Position numbers and translations under genes: made by a program. The notes beneath the pieces were generated by a model, which saw only the letters and a list, made by a program, of their open reading frames with translations, had not been told where the DNA came from and did not search any database. Positions 51,756 through 62,622 of a DNA stretch of 64,000 nucleotides are shown piece by piece. This DNA comes from Candidatus Coprovivens sp. (GTDB lineage: Bacteria; Bacillota_I; Bacilli_A; RF39; UBA660): the NCBI GenBank assembly GCA_051892935.1, contig JBJFGS010000036.1, forward strand, positions 1 to 64,000. The letters run 5' to 3'. Position 1 is the stretch's first letter. The number at the start of each line of letters is the position of its first letter.

Positions 51756-52606
51756 TAATTATTTATATATTTTTTAACTATATCAGGAATAATAGTATTT
51801 CCCCTAGAAGCATATAAATAGTATTCATCTGTATCCACATCATATTTATCTATTCGGTATACCTTAGTATAAAAACTAGACATATCATAAACAATAAAAA
51901 CATACATATCAACTTTTTCATCAATAACATATTTCTTCAATTTATTTAATACTTCATCCATAATAGAATCAACCATTTTTATATCATTAATTTGAATAAA
52001 AGATGAATGCAAAACATATCCAGAAAAATCATATTTCTTTATACCATTAAAAATAATTTCATCTACATTTTTTAAATCCGTTAAACAAAGACCATCTCTA
52101 TACATTTGATCATAATCAAAATGATATTTAGTACACATATCATTTATCCAATTAATATCACTTTTTCTTGTCTTTGTCGAATGAAAAGACGCTGTATCAA
52201 CAAAAGTAGCCATACAAGCTAATTCAATATCTTTTTTTCCCAATAATTCTTCAAATTCCTGTGCTATCATACAAGCTGTTGATGAAGCACTTTCTATCTT
52301 TACATATTTTACATCTAGCTCATCACTAGGATGATGATCAATAATGGCAATTATATCTCCAAAAACTTCTCTTTTATTATGATCAACTAAAATATATTTG
52401 CATTTTTCTTTTAATAATTCTTTTTTATATTTACCAATAAATAAATTATATTTATTACATAACATCTCTGAATCTTTTGATATTTCTTTATCAGGAATTA
52501 CAAATTCTACATCGTAGCCTTTTTTTATAAGTACCTTTTCTAATAAGTATCCACTTACAATACTATCTACATCCGGATTTTCATGACCGAGAATAATATA
52601 TTTCAT
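51755..52606 (-). CDS. DHH-family phosphoesterase, second family II pyrophosphatase-like paralog
   Basis: GHENPDVDS, LVDHN, IDHH, VDT, ASR. Confidence 0.85.
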   Translation of the reverse strand: MKYIILGHENPDVDSIVSGYLLEKVLIKKGYDVEFVIPDKEISKDSEMLCNKYNLFIGKYKKELLKEKCKYILVDHNKREVFGDIIAIIDHHPSDELDVKYVKIESASSTACMIAQEFEELLGKKDIELACMATFVDTASFHSTKTRKSDINWINDMCTKYHFDYDQMYRDGLCLTDLKNVDEIIFNGIKKYDFSGYVLHSSFIQINDIKMVDSIMDEVLNKLKKYVIDEKVDMYVFIVYDMSSFYTKVYRIDKYDVDTDEYYLYASRGNTIIPDIVKKYINN

Positions 52607-52658
52607 AAAATCACCTACAATAGTATTATAACATATAAAAAGTTTCCAAAAGGAAACT

Positions 52659-54005
52659 TCAATATAATTTTTCATCTTTTAATATACTATTAAATATCTC
52701 ACTTTCCCCCTTATTAAACCTATCTTTTATTATATTTACTAAACATTTTTGTAAATCAATAAAATGCTTAGAACTAAGTCTTTCTCTTATCATTATACTT
52801 TTTAAATTAGTATATAATTTAGCTAAATCCATAATATTCATAAACCTTGTATAACCATATATCAGATTAATTTTGTTAAAAATAGTATGAATATTTTGAC
52901 ATAAATAAATCATAATTTTATCATTAACAGCTTTATAAACATCATCTATTGAAGGTAAAAAAGATTCAATATTTCTAAATTCAACATAACCTTTCTCAAC
53001 AATCATATATTTAGATGAATCCATAATCTCTTGTTTAGTAATAATATCTACATTTTCTATAGATTCTTTTAAATAAGTATAAAGCTTAGAATATAAATTT
53101 ATTTTAGAAATACCACCATATGCATTTATTGTATAATTCATTAAAACTCCTAAAGTAGAACTCTCACTACTATAGTTAATAAGTTCTCTATATATGCAAT
53201 CAACTACTTCTCTAGCGCAATTAAAAACTTTATCAACAGGATAGGTTATATCAACTGTTTTAGAAGTCAAATTATATATTCGTCTATCCAAATCATACAT
53301 ACATTTAACATAAATTCTCCTTTTCTTTTCAAAAGAAGAATAATTTAACTTACTATCTGTAACAAACGGATTATCGTTACTATTAATTAATGCATTTTTA
53401 TAATTATCATTTTCTAATTCAAAAGACTTTTCATCAAAAACCATTTTATTATTAGTAATCTTTATATGTACAAAATAATTATTATTTCTATCTAAACTAG
53501 TAACAACAGAATAACTAATTTTTTTTTCTTCTTTCATATGACCATTTTGAATTATTAAATCATTTTTTAATTTTGTTTTCTCATTATTCTTTCGTACATC
53601 AATCATATTTAAAAAAATAGTATATTCATTTAATAAATAATTAAGTATTTGCCCAAGACTTTTTAAACATTGTAATTCTCGCATTATTTTTTTACAATAT
53701 CTAACATCACCTTTTTTTAAAGATTTATTAATTAATAAAAGATTACTTACTAATACTTCTTGTAAAAATCTTTCATCACTCTGTTTAATTTCTATTTTTT
53801 CAACTTTATCTATATTTTTTTTTATTTTATCAATATATTTATTTTTATTACCAGTTTCAATAAACTTATTCCAATTTGAATCAAGAGAATTAGCTAAAAA
53901 TTCTGAAAGTTCATTAACATAATTCAAATTATTTTTAAACAATATATCAATAAGAGTTAACTTATTAATAATCTTCTCTTGCTTTAAAGTCATAAGAACC
54001 ACCAT
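52659..54005 (-). CDS. Hypothetical protein
   Basis: 448-aa ORF; no motif recognised. Confidence 0.6.
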   Translation of the reverse strand: MVVLMTLKQEKIINKLTLIDILFKNNLNYVNELSEFLANSLDSNWNKFIETGNKNKYIDKIKKNIDKVEKIEIKQSDERFLQEVLVSNLLLINKSLKKGDVRYCKKIMRELQCLKSLGQILNYLLNEYTIFLNMIDVRKNNEKTKLKNDLIIQNGHMKEEKKISYSVVTSLDRNNNYFVHIKITNNKMVFDEKSFELENDNYKNALINSNDNPFVTDSKLNYSSFEKKRRIYVKCMYDLDRRIYNLTSKTVDITYPVDKVFNCAREVVDCIYRELINYSSESSTLGVLMNYTINAYGGISKINLYSKLYTYLKESIENVDIITKQEIMDSSKYMIVEKGYVEFRNIESFLPSIDDVYKAVNDKIMIYLCQNIHTIFNKINLIYGYTRFMNIMDLAKLYTNLKSIMIRERLSSKHFIDLQKCLVNIIKDRFNKGESEIFNSILKDEKLY

Positions 54006-54031
54006 AATAATATAATATCACAATTTTTTTA

Positions 54032-54625
54032 TTACTTAAAATCTCTTTCTATCATTAATGATAAATCACCTTTTCTTAAAAACTCAATATTATCATTATT
54101 TACCCTTATAATCGTTGAAGGAACGTTTTCTTTAAATCCATCATCATAAATATAATCAATATATTCAAGTAATTCAAAATTAATCTTATCTACACTAGTA
54201 ATAGTTTCTTCACCAGCCAAATTAGCACTTGTAGAAACAAGTGGTTTATCAAGTATATTCATTAACTCAATTAATTCTTTATTATCAGGATATCTTATAG
54301 CAATAGAATCTCCTTTACTATTTATACAAGATGGTAATATATTGCTTTTTTTAAATAGAATGCTCAATTTACCAGGCCAATATTTATTGATTATTCTTTT
54401 TTCAAGTTCACTTACTCCATCAACATATTTATATAACATTTCAATACTTGATACCATTATAATCAAAGGTTTACTATAATCTCTTCTTTTAGCTTCATAA
54501 ACTTTTTTAATTGCTTTTTCATTAGTAGCATCAGCAATTATTCCATAAACCGTATCTGTAGGAACAATAGCTAATCCACCACTATTTATTACTTCTACTA
54601 ATTTATTTATATCCATATAAATCAC
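54032..54625 (-). CDS. tsaC: L-threonylcarbamoyladenylate synthase (Sua5/YrdC)
   Basis: PTDTVYG, K.R...KPL, WPG, STSAN, PSTI. Confidence 0.93.
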   Translation of the reverse strand: MIYMDINKLVEVINSGGLAIVPTDTVYGIIADATNEKAIKKVYEAKRRDYSKPLIIMVSSIEMLYKYVDGVSELEKRIINKYWPGKLSILFKKSNILPSCINSKGDSIAIRYPDNKELIELMNILDKPLVSTSANLAGEETITSVDKINFELLEYIDYIYDDGFKENVPSTIIRVNNDNIEFLRKGDLSLMIERDFK

Positions 54626-54667
54626 CTTCTGTATAATATCAAAAGAAACAAAAAAAGACCAGAGGTC

Positions 54668-55630
54668 TTATAAATCTAAATATTCTCTTGGTCCAACTAA
54701 CAAAACATTATTATTTTCATCTACAAACATAGAAGCATAAAAAACCAAATTAGAATAGTCTCCTTCATAATCTTTTTTATCTACAGCACTAACACAAGTA
54801 TTCCCATTATCTAAACACATATAGTTTACTTCTATCAAATAAGAATCAGCATACAAAACATTTCTAAATTTATATTTACCATTATTCTCAACTAATTTAA
54901 TTTTAAAAGTTCTTAAATTATCAACATCTAATTTATTATTATCTATTAAATAATTCTTAATACTTTCAGTATATTGCTCAACAAGTTTCTCATAATAATC
55001 ACCAGAATTCTTAAAATAAATAATATCATAAACTTCATTATATTTATTAATTCTTACATAAAAATTAATATTGCTTATATCAAAAAATTCTTTTTTTGTT
55101 TTAAAACAAGTAGTTTTATCATCTGAACACTTATAAGAAACATTAACTAAATAGTCACTACCACCTTTATCATTATTCTCATCAAAAGTTAATGATAATA
55201 TATCAAAACTATCTAATTTAGATTTATCTAATAATTTTTCATCAATTGCATAATCAATCAATTTTTTATAAATAAGATTACTATATTCAATCATATCAGG
55301 CTCTTCACAAGATTTATATAAAACACTACCTATATATTTTTCTCCATTACTACAATATAAAACTTTATAACCTAATCCAGTAAACATAGTCCCCTTATCT
55401 ACTTTTTCTTCAATAGCAAAAATTGGCTTAGCATCAAAAAAGTTAACTCTAAAAAAATCAAACAATATAACCCCTACAATCAATAAAAAGATAATTACTG
55501 CAATAGTAACATTACGATGTTTTCTTTTTATTTTCAAAAACTCTTTTTCTACAGCGGCTTTATTATTAACATCTACTCCATAAAAAATATTCTCAGGTGT
55601 TTCAGAAGGTTTCTTATCTATTATTTTCAT
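54668..55630 (-). CDS. Hypothetical membrane protein with duplicated Cys-containing domain
   Basis: TM helix; DYLVNVSYKCSDDKTTC and SYLIEVNYMCLDNGNTC. Confidence 0.65.
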   Translation of the reverse strand: MKIIDKKPSETPENIFYGVDVNNKAAVEKEFLKIKRKHRNVTIAVIIFLLIVGVILFDFFRVNFFDAKPIFAIEEKVDKGTMFTGLGYKVLYCSNGEKYIGSVLYKSCEEPDMIEYSNLIYKKLIDYAIDEKLLDKSKLDSFDILSLTFDENNDKGGSDYLVNVSYKCSDDKTTCFKTKKEFFDISNINFYVRINKYNEVYDIIYFKNSGDYYEKLVEQYTESIKNYLIDNNKLDVDNLRTFKIKLVENNGKYKFRNVLYADSYLIEVNYMCLDNGNTCVSAVDKKDYEGDYSNLVFYASMFVDENNNVLLVGPREYLDL

Positions 55631-55717
55631 ACTAAATCGCCTCTATTCTAGAATAATTATAACATTAAATAAAAAAAGATGAGTATTTTTCAAAATACTT
55701 CACCTTTTCATTTACAT

Positions 55718-56395
55718 CTATTTTTTCTTAATATTATAAACTATCTCATTATACAAACTAGAAATACTAGTTAAAATAGTCATTAAATACATATATGGTA
55801 ATGCTCTAAATAAACCAGTACCTTTTTCTATTTCTTCTTTATTAAGAATATCATATTTATCTAAGCTTTCTTTAGCTTTCTTAGTAGCATCAAATTCTAC
55901 AGGTAATGTAATTAAATGAAATACTATAGCAACTAACAATAACATTGCAGACAATCTTATAATACTAAAATCTTGTAAACATAATCCAACTATAAATAAT
56001 ATATATCCAACATAAACATCAAATGTTACAAATTGATTAAGTACAAATCTAAATTTCATAAATAAATTATTTTCTTTATCTTGTATAGCATAACTGCATA
56101 TTTTAGCAGCTATTATAGCAGAAGACACATTTTCACCATGATAAACATCACTAGATAATCTAATTACTTTTTGATTATAATCATAATGATCATTTAAATT
56201 TCCTTTGACTTCTACAATATACATATTCTTTAAGTCGTTATTATCTAATATCTTTCTTGCCACTTCAAATCCACTTAGTTTATTTTTTATATTAGTTTCA
56301 AAATGATTACCAAAAGCAATAGACACCATAGTAAAAGCAATACTTGGTAACGCTAACATTCCTATAAACAGAATTATACTTTCCAAATAAATCAC
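55718..56395 (-). CDS. YugP-like neutral zinc metallopeptidase homolog, probably inactive
   Basis: SG.EVAR.ILD, L.DHY, IRLS..VY, TLPVEFDA; HExxH absent. Confidence 0.8.
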   Translation of the reverse strand: MIYLESIILFIGMLALPSIAFTMVSIAFGNHFETNIKNKLSGFEVARKILDNNDLKNMYIVEVKGNLNDHYDYNQKVIRLSSDVYHGENVSSAIIAAKICSYAIQDKENNLFMKFRFVLNQFVTFDVYVGYILFIVGLCLQDFSIIRLSAMLLLVAIVFHLITLPVEFDATKKAKESLDKYDILNKEEIEKGTGLFRALPYMYLMTILTSISSLYNEIVYNIKKK

Positions 56396-57706
56396 CTAAA
56401 TAATCTTTCTCTCAACTAATTGTGCTCTCATCTTATCTGCATTTTCAAAATCTTTATTATTTCTATATTCTAACCATTTATTATATATATCTTTATCTTC
56501 TGAAGATAATTCAACGAAGTCATAAACTAACCCAAGAATATAAGTTATTAACATAATCTTATCATACGTTTCAACAAAATTTTCTTTAACTCTTATTTTA
56601 GAATTTAATTCTTTAATTAAATCAAGTAAATATGTAATTAAATTAGATGTATTAAAATCATCATCCATTATTTCATTTATTTTTTCATCTTGTTTAATAA
56701 TACCTGTTTTTAAACTCTTAAGTTGAACCTCCAAATTAGCTTGTTTTAAAGCATTATAGACTTTGTCATTTATAGTACCACATTCTTTAAATAAAGTATC
56801 AGTAAAATCAAATGGTAATTTATAGTTTGTTTTTAAAATACTAAGTCTAATTACATTAGCAGGATACTTTTCTAATAACTCATGAGCAGTAATGAAGTTA
56901 CCTAAACTCTTACTCATTTTCACTCCATTAACCATTACATGACCATTATGCATCCAATAATTAGCAAGATTAGTACCACAAGCTGCGCAACTTTGAGCCA
57001 TCTCATTTTCATGATGTGGAAATTTCAAATCTACACCGCCACCATGAATATCAATATTATTACCAAATATCTTATTAATCATAACAACACATTCAGTATG
57101 CCAACCAGGTCGACCAGCACCCCAAGGAGAATCCCAAGTTATACCCTCCTTTGTTTTTTTCCATAAAACAAAATCATAAGGATTTTCTTTATTATCATCA
57201 ACTTCTATTCTATTACCAGCATTAAGTTCATCAACAACCTGTTTACTAAGTTTTCCATAATCTTTTATCTTACCAACTCTAAAATAAACATCATCCCCAC
57301 TTTGATAAGCATATCCCTTATCCATTAATAATTGAATATATTCAATTATTTCATCCATTGTCTCAGTAACCCTTGGCCTATAATCAATATCCAAACAATT
57401 TAGAGCTTTAACATCATCCAAATATATCTTGATATACTTATCAGTTAGCTCTTTTTCCGTAATGCCAGCTTCTTTAGCAGCTTTAATAATTTTATCATCA
57501 ACATCTGTAAAATTACTAGCATACTTAACATCATAACCACGATACTTAAAGTATCTATAAACCATATCAAAGATAATAACTGGACACATATTTCCAACAT
57601 GAGCATAACTATATACAGTTGGTCCACAAACATACATATTTATTACTCCGTCTTTAATTGTTTTAAATTCTTCTGTTTTTCCACTTAAAGTATTAAATAT
57701 TTTCAT
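56396..57706 (-). CDS. cysS: Cysteine--tRNA ligase
   Basis: YVCGPTVY, HVGN, GRPGWHTEC, DLKFPHHENE, KMSKS. Confidence 0.98.
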   Translation of the reverse strand: MKIFNTLSGKTEEFKTIKDGVINMYVCGPTVYSYAHVGNMCPVIIFDMVYRYFKYRGYDVKYASNFTDVDDKIIKAAKEAGITEKELTDKYIKIYLDDVKALNCLDIDYRPRVTETMDEIIEYIQLLMDKGYAYQSGDDVYFRVGKIKDYGKLSKQVVDELNAGNRIEVDDNKENPYDFVLWKKTKEGITWDSPWGAGRPGWHTECVVMINKIFGNNIDIHGGGVDLKFPHHENEMAQSCAACGTNLANYWMHNGHVMVNGVKMSKSLGNFITAHELLEKYPANVIRLSILKTNYKLPFDFTDTLFKECGTINDKVYNALKQANLEVQLKSLKTGIIKQDEKINEIMDDDFNTSNLITYLLDLIKELNSKIRVKENFVETYDKIMLITYILGLVYDFVELSSEDKDIYNKWLEYRNNKDFENADKMRAQLVERKII

Positions 57707-57775
57707 AATACAATCTCCCTCCAATTAATATCTAAGTTTTCCATATCATATCATAAATTAGCAAATAAAAAAATA

Positions 57776-58123
57776 CTAATAATCAGTATTAATTATATTT
57801 AAATAAATTGCTTCTATATCTACCTTCATAGATAACAAAAGATTATACGCAATACTATCATCATTAGTTAATATTTTAATCATAGCTTCATATATATTGT
57901 GACAATCATTTTTTATTGTTCTTAAAATAGGAGTATATAATATATATTCACTACCTTTATGAGAACTACCTATTACCTTTAATATATAACTTTTAAACTC
58001 ATTATAATCTAAATATTTATTACCATATTTCTTTAAATAAGCCAACATAAAATGTTCTGTTCCTACATAAGGATGTTTTAATTCAATCATTTCTTTTTCT
58101 GCTAAATCAAACAATTCTTCCAT
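57776..58123 (-). CDS. Stand-alone Clp N-terminal domain protein
   Basis: AEKE..ELKHPYVGTEHFMLA.L, then a degenerate second repeat; no ATPase domain. Confidence 0.78.
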   Translation of the reverse strand: MEELFDLAEKEMIELKHPYVGTEHFMLAYLKKYGNKYLDYNEFKSYILKVIGSSHKGSEYILYTPILRTIKNDCHNIYEAMIKILTNDDSIAYNLLLSMKVDIEAIYLNIINTDY

Positions 58124-58180
58124 CTTATCACCTATTTAATTCTATTCAATCACACAAAAAAAAGAAGTAAAACTTCTTTT

Positions 58181-59602
58181 TTACATATATACAACTATAG
58201 ATAAGAATATCATAGCTACAATAGCAAATGACACTACAAATTTCCATATATATTTTATCCAACTCTTATATGATACATCTACATAACTCAATGCCATTAA
58301 CAATACAAAACTAGTTGGTACTATTAATGCTGCTAAAGCTCCACCAAGCCTCCAAACAATAGTAGAAACTATTATATTATCAGCAAAAGCATAAGTTAAA
58401 AATGGTCCATAAACTGCAGCAGCATACCCAGGATCAACACAGAATATTGTAATCAAAAATGATGCAATAAATAATGTGAACAAATTATAAGAATTTTCTC
58501 CAAAAATTGCATGAATAATAGTAGCTGGCCATGGAGATAACGCAAATAAATATAGTAAAGTATAAACCAATGCATATATTATAGCAACTTTAGAAATCTT
58601 TTTAGCTCCCTTACCAAAATCACTAATCATATCTGATATAGAAACTCTATTAATTAAAGCTACTATAAAAGTTGCAATCAATAACAAGAATACAACATGA
58701 ACAAAGTCTGACCATTCACCTAAACCAGACATACTTGCACCTATAAAAGTACTTGGAAGTGCAACATCATTAACCATCATTGCACTTTGGAAAGATGTAT
58801 TAAGTTCAGTAAAGAATTTTACATCAAAACTATCATTCCAAGATATATATCCTAGTAAAACAATTATTAAAGTAATAACCATAACAACAATAGTAGGCCA
58901 TACTTTAGTTTTCTTTCTTTTAGGAATCTTATCTTCATTAAGCTTTTCTGGACAATATAAATCAGAACTAGTTCTATCTTTCTTTTTAACACGTTTCATA
59001 TGTAAAATACCAAATAATACATACAATACATAAGCTATTCCAAAAATCACCCATTTTTGCCATATATAGTCAGAATAAACTACACCAGTTGTATCTAAAA
59101 TATTTTTAAATCCATATGTACCAAATGTTTGACCTAAATAACCAACAAAAATCCCACCAAAACCAGCTGATATAGCGGTTATTCTATCACATCCACGTCT
59201 TAAGAATACACTAACAATAAATGGTATTATCCAAAATAAAGATAATAATTCAGAAGATATTGAAACATACAATCCCATTAATAAAATAATAACTGCAAAT
59301 GCAATATTTTCTCTACCTTTTATTAACATAGATGTTTTATCAACCAATTTCCTATAAGATTTAGTATTTTTAAGTATTTCATAACATCCACCAACTATCA
59401 AAATATAGAGAATAACATCAATTTCTCTTTGAAAAGAATAGAATATCATTGACAATATTTCAAACAAACCTAATCTTATAATTTCTCCATCAACTAACAT
59501 ACCAGAAGTATTAACTGATGATATTTTAATAAACCAAGATAGTACTAAAAAAGCTAAAATAGTTATTAAAATAATTATAACTTTATCATTTTTCCTATTC
59601 AT
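58181..59602 (-). CDS. YfcC/ArcD-like (DcuC superfamily) transporter
   Basis: About 12 TM helices; IL.VGG, PTS..L..AL....VSY..W.KYIWK. Confidence 0.7.
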   Translation of the reverse strand: MNRKNDKVIIILITILAFLVLSWFIKISSVNTSGMLVDGEIIRLGLFEILSMIFYSFQREIDVILYILIVGGCYEILKNTKSYRKLVDKTSMLIKGRENIAFAVIILLMGLYVSISSELLSLFWIIPFIVSVFLRRGCDRITAISAGFGGIFVGYLGQTFGTYGFKNILDTTGVVYSDYIWQKWVIFGIAYVLYVLFGILHMKRVKKKDRTSSDLYCPEKLNEDKIPKRKKTKVWPTIVVMVITLIIVLLGYISWNDSFDVKFFTELNTSFQSAMMVNDVALPSTFIGASMSGLGEWSDFVHVVFLLLIATFIVALINRVSISDMISDFGKGAKKISKVAIIYALVYTLLYLFALSPWPATIIHAIFGENSYNLFTLFIASFLITIFCVDPGYAAAVYGPFLTYAFADNIIVSTIVWRLGGALAALIVPTSFVLLMALSYVDVSYKSWIKYIWKFVVSFAIVAMIFLSIVVYM

Positions 59603-59696
59603 AATCTAACCTCCTAAGGCCTATTATAACACATTAATACTTATAAGGCCTAGAAATTTAATGAAATTTTATTCACAAAAAAGACTAATAAGAATA

Positions 59697-60512
59697 TTAG
59701 CCTTCAATATACAATCCTGAAGAAGCTTCAATAGTATAATCACCACTCTGAGGTCTAATCACATGATTATAAAGTTTTTCAACACTTTCATATCCTTTAG
59801 CATAATTATATACAATACCATCTAAGTTAATATCTTGCGTTACAGAATAACCTCTATAACTATGACTAACAATATTATTACTATTTAATTTTAAATTATC
59901 ATATTTCATTGCAGCATACAGAGTAACTTTTTTACTACCTTTTTTAGAAGTATAAGTATGTTTCATAACTGTATATAGTATATTTTTTTTACCATCTTTT
60001 GATACTAATAAATAACTGCCAACTTTACTCCATTCTCCACATGTATAATCACGATTGTCACTACAATACAAATTTGCTTTTGAATTATCATAGAATGTTT
60101 CCAAGGAAATACTATCTATATCACTTAACTTTGTAACATATTTTATTTGTTCCTCTTCATCAAAATTATTATCAACATTAATAATAGAATCAGATTTTTC
60201 TATATCGTTCCTCTTTTCATTAAAAACAGAAACATTTATAATAATAAACACTATAACAAAAAATATAATAAATGGAACTACAAAAAAACCAAATAAGCTA
60301 TTAAACATAAAAGCTTTAGCAATAGGTTTACCAAATTCATTAACAAATTCATAAGCATCGCTTATATGATCTTCATCAACACTTTCAATTTTTGCTTCAT
60401 CCTTTTGAATATAAAAAGTTTTATTACAATATTCACACACAACATTTGTATCTTTATCATCAAACTTCAAAGAAGCTCCACACCCAGGACATTTTTTTTC
60501 TATAAGTCTCAT
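59697..60512 (-). CDS. Zinc-ribbon membrane protein
   Basis: CPGCG...CEYC, TM helix, extracellular domain. Confidence 0.65.
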   Translation of the reverse strand: MRLIEKKCPGCGASLKFDDKDTNVVCEYCNKTFYIQKDEAKIESVDEDHISDAYEFVNEFGKPIAKAFMFNSLFGFFVVPFIIFFVIVFIIINVSVFNEKRNDIEKSDSIINVDNNFDEEEQIKYVTKLSDIDSISLETFYDNSKANLYCSDNRDYTCGEWSKVGSYLLVSKDGKKNILYTVMKHTYTSKKGSKKVTLYAAMKYDNLKLNSNNIVSHSYRGYSVTQDINLDGIVYNYAKGYESVEKLYNHVIRPQSGDYTIEASSGLYIEG

Positions 60513-60612
60513 AATCTCACCAACCTTAACTAATTATATCACAAAATATAATAATATATTATTTTAAGTAAAAATCCAAGAATAAATAATTATCTTGGAT
60601 TACAAATATTTT

Positions 60613-62544
60613 TTAATATAATTTAGCTCCTGCAGGAATTTTATCATCTACAATTAATAAATTAAGACCTTCATGATCATCTTCTTCATGTACTGCTGAT
60701 ATAAGCATACCTTCAGAATCTATTCCCATCATTTTTCTTGCTGGCAAGTTTACAATTGCAACTGCAGTCTTTCCTACAAGTTCCTCTGGAGAATAATATT
60801 CATGAATACCACTTAAAATTGTACGTCTTTTTTCTGTTCCATCATTCAAAGTGAATTTTAAAAGCTTTTTAGATTTTGGTACCTCTTCACAAGCTTCTAT
60901 TTTTACTACACGAAAATCTGATTTAGAGAATGTTTCAAAATCAACCATATCTTCAAATAATGGTTCAATCTTTACTTTTGAAAAGTCTATTTCAGGAACA
61001 CTCTTTTCATTGCTTGAAACATTAACAACACTATCGTTTCCATCACTTTTTTTACTTACACTATTTATAGTCTTCATAGTAGGGAATAACAATACATCAC
61101 GTATAGATTCCTGTTCGGTAAACAACATACATAATCTATCAATTCCATACCCAATTCCACCAGCAGGTGGCATTCCATATTCTAATGCTTCTATAAAATC
61201 CATATCAATATCATTAGCTTCATCATTACCTAAATCTTTTTCAGCTAATTGTGCTTCAAATCTTTCTAATTGATCATCTGGATCATTTAATTCTGTATAT
61301 GCATTAGCAAATTCTTTACCAGCTATAAATAATTCAAATCTATCGACAAATCTACCATCTTCAGGATTCTTCTTTGTTAAAGGAGAAATCTCAATTGGAT
61401 GTCCATATAAGAAAGTTGGTTGAATTAATGTTTCTTCTACATATTTTTCAAAAAACAAATTAATAATATGCCCAACTGTTCTTTCATGTTCTTGAACCTC
61501 AATATCATGTTTTTCTGCTAATTTCAAAGCTTCATCAACAGACATTTCCTGTTTAAAATCAATACCAGTTTGTTCTTTTATGGCATCAACCATACTAACT
61601 CGTTTCCAAGGACCTTCTAAATTAATTTCATATCCACCGAAATTATAAGTCATTTTACCTACAACATCGCGAGCTATAGTTTGGAACATATTCTCTGTTA
61701 AGTTCATCATACCTTCTAAATCACTATATGCTAAATAGGCTTCCATAAGAGTAAATTCCGGATTATGCTTAGGATCCATTCCTTCATTTCTAAATACTCT
61801 TCCGATTTCATAAACAGCTTCCATACCACCAACTAATAATCTCTTTAAAGGTAACTCCAAAGCTATTCTTAAATACATATCTAAATTTTGCGTATTATGA
61901 TGAGTTATAAAAGGTCTTGCAGAAGCACCTGTAAGTAAAGTAGTCAATATAGGAGTCTCAACCTCAGTAAAACCTTGACCATCCATATAATTTTGAATAC
62001 ATCTAATAATTTTTGGTCTCAAAAAAGCAACTCTTTTAGAATCATCATTCATTATTAAATCAACATAACGTCTTCTATATCTTTCTTCTATATCAGTTAA
62101 TCCATGAAATTTTTCAGGCAATGGCTTTAATGCTTTAACCAAATGAGTATATTCTAAACATTTTATAGTTACCTCACCAGTTTTAGTTTTCATTATTTTT
62201 CCTCTAACACCTACTATATCTCCTATATCAGAAGTTTTAAACAATGAATATGCTTCTTCACCAATATCATTTATTGAAATATATATTTGAATAGAACCTG
62301 TTTTATCCTTTATTGTAAAGAAAGAAGCTTTACCCATCTTTCTAATAAACATAATTCTACCAGCTACAATAGCTTCATCACTCATATTTTCAAAAGCATC
62401 ATGCTCAATATCTTTATATTTTTCTTTTATTTCCTCAGCATAGGCTGTTCTTTCAAATTTATGTCCAAAAGGATCCAAACCTAATTCTCTTAATTTTGTA
62501 CACTTTTCTCTTCTTACTAATTCTTGCTCAGTAAATTCACGCAT
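60613..62544 (-). CDS. lysS: Lysine--tRNA ligase (class II) with C-terminal Trbp111/MetRS-type tRNA-binding domain
   Basis: [34 protein letters not shown]; tail FSKSDFRV...[15 protein letters not shown]. Confidence 0.97.
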   Translation of the reverse strand: MREFTEQELVRREKCTKLRELGLDPFGHKFERTAYAEEIKEKYKDIEHDAFENMSDEAIVAGRIMFIRKMGKASFFTIKDKTGSIQIYISINDIGEEAYSLFKTSDIGDIVGVRGKIMKTKTGEVTIKCLEYTHLVKALKPLPEKFHGLTDIEERYRRRYVDLIMNDDSKRVAFLRPKIIRCIQNYMDGQGFTEVETPILTTLLTGASARPFITHHNTQNLDMYLRIALELPLKRLLVGGMEAVYEIGRVFRNEGMDPKHNPEFTLMEAYLAYSDLEGMMNLTENMFQTIARDVVGKMTYNFGGYEINLEGPWKRVSMVDAIKEQTGIDFKQEMSVDEALKLAEKHDIEVQEHERTVGHIINLFFEKYVEETLIQPTFLYGHPIEISPLTKKNPEDGRFVDRFELFIAGKEFANAYTELNDPDDQLERFEAQLAEKDLGNDEANDIDMDFIEALEYGMPPAGGIGYGIDRLCMLFTEQESIRDVLLFPTMKTINSVSKKSDGNDSVVNVSSNEKSVPEIDFSKVKIEPLFEDMVDFETFSKSDFRVVKIEACEEVPKSKKLLKFTLNDGTEKRRTILSGIHEYYSPEELVGKTAVAIVNLPARKMMGIDSEGMLISAVHEEDDHEGLNLLIVDDKIPAGAKLY

Positions 62545-62622
62545 AATTTCCACTCCTTTTTCTTTTTCTAGTATATCATTATTAAAGAAAAAATCAATTT
62601 TTTTACTAAAATGAAACAATTA

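Noticed and set aside
2768-62484. Short ORFs overlapping real genes (e.g. 2768, 3955, 6610, 8212, 10096, 13796, 15223, 16896, 17742, 19168, 22154, 38199, 38973, 39377, 60851)
   Set aside because: Antisense or alternate-frame shadows with no recognisable motifs.
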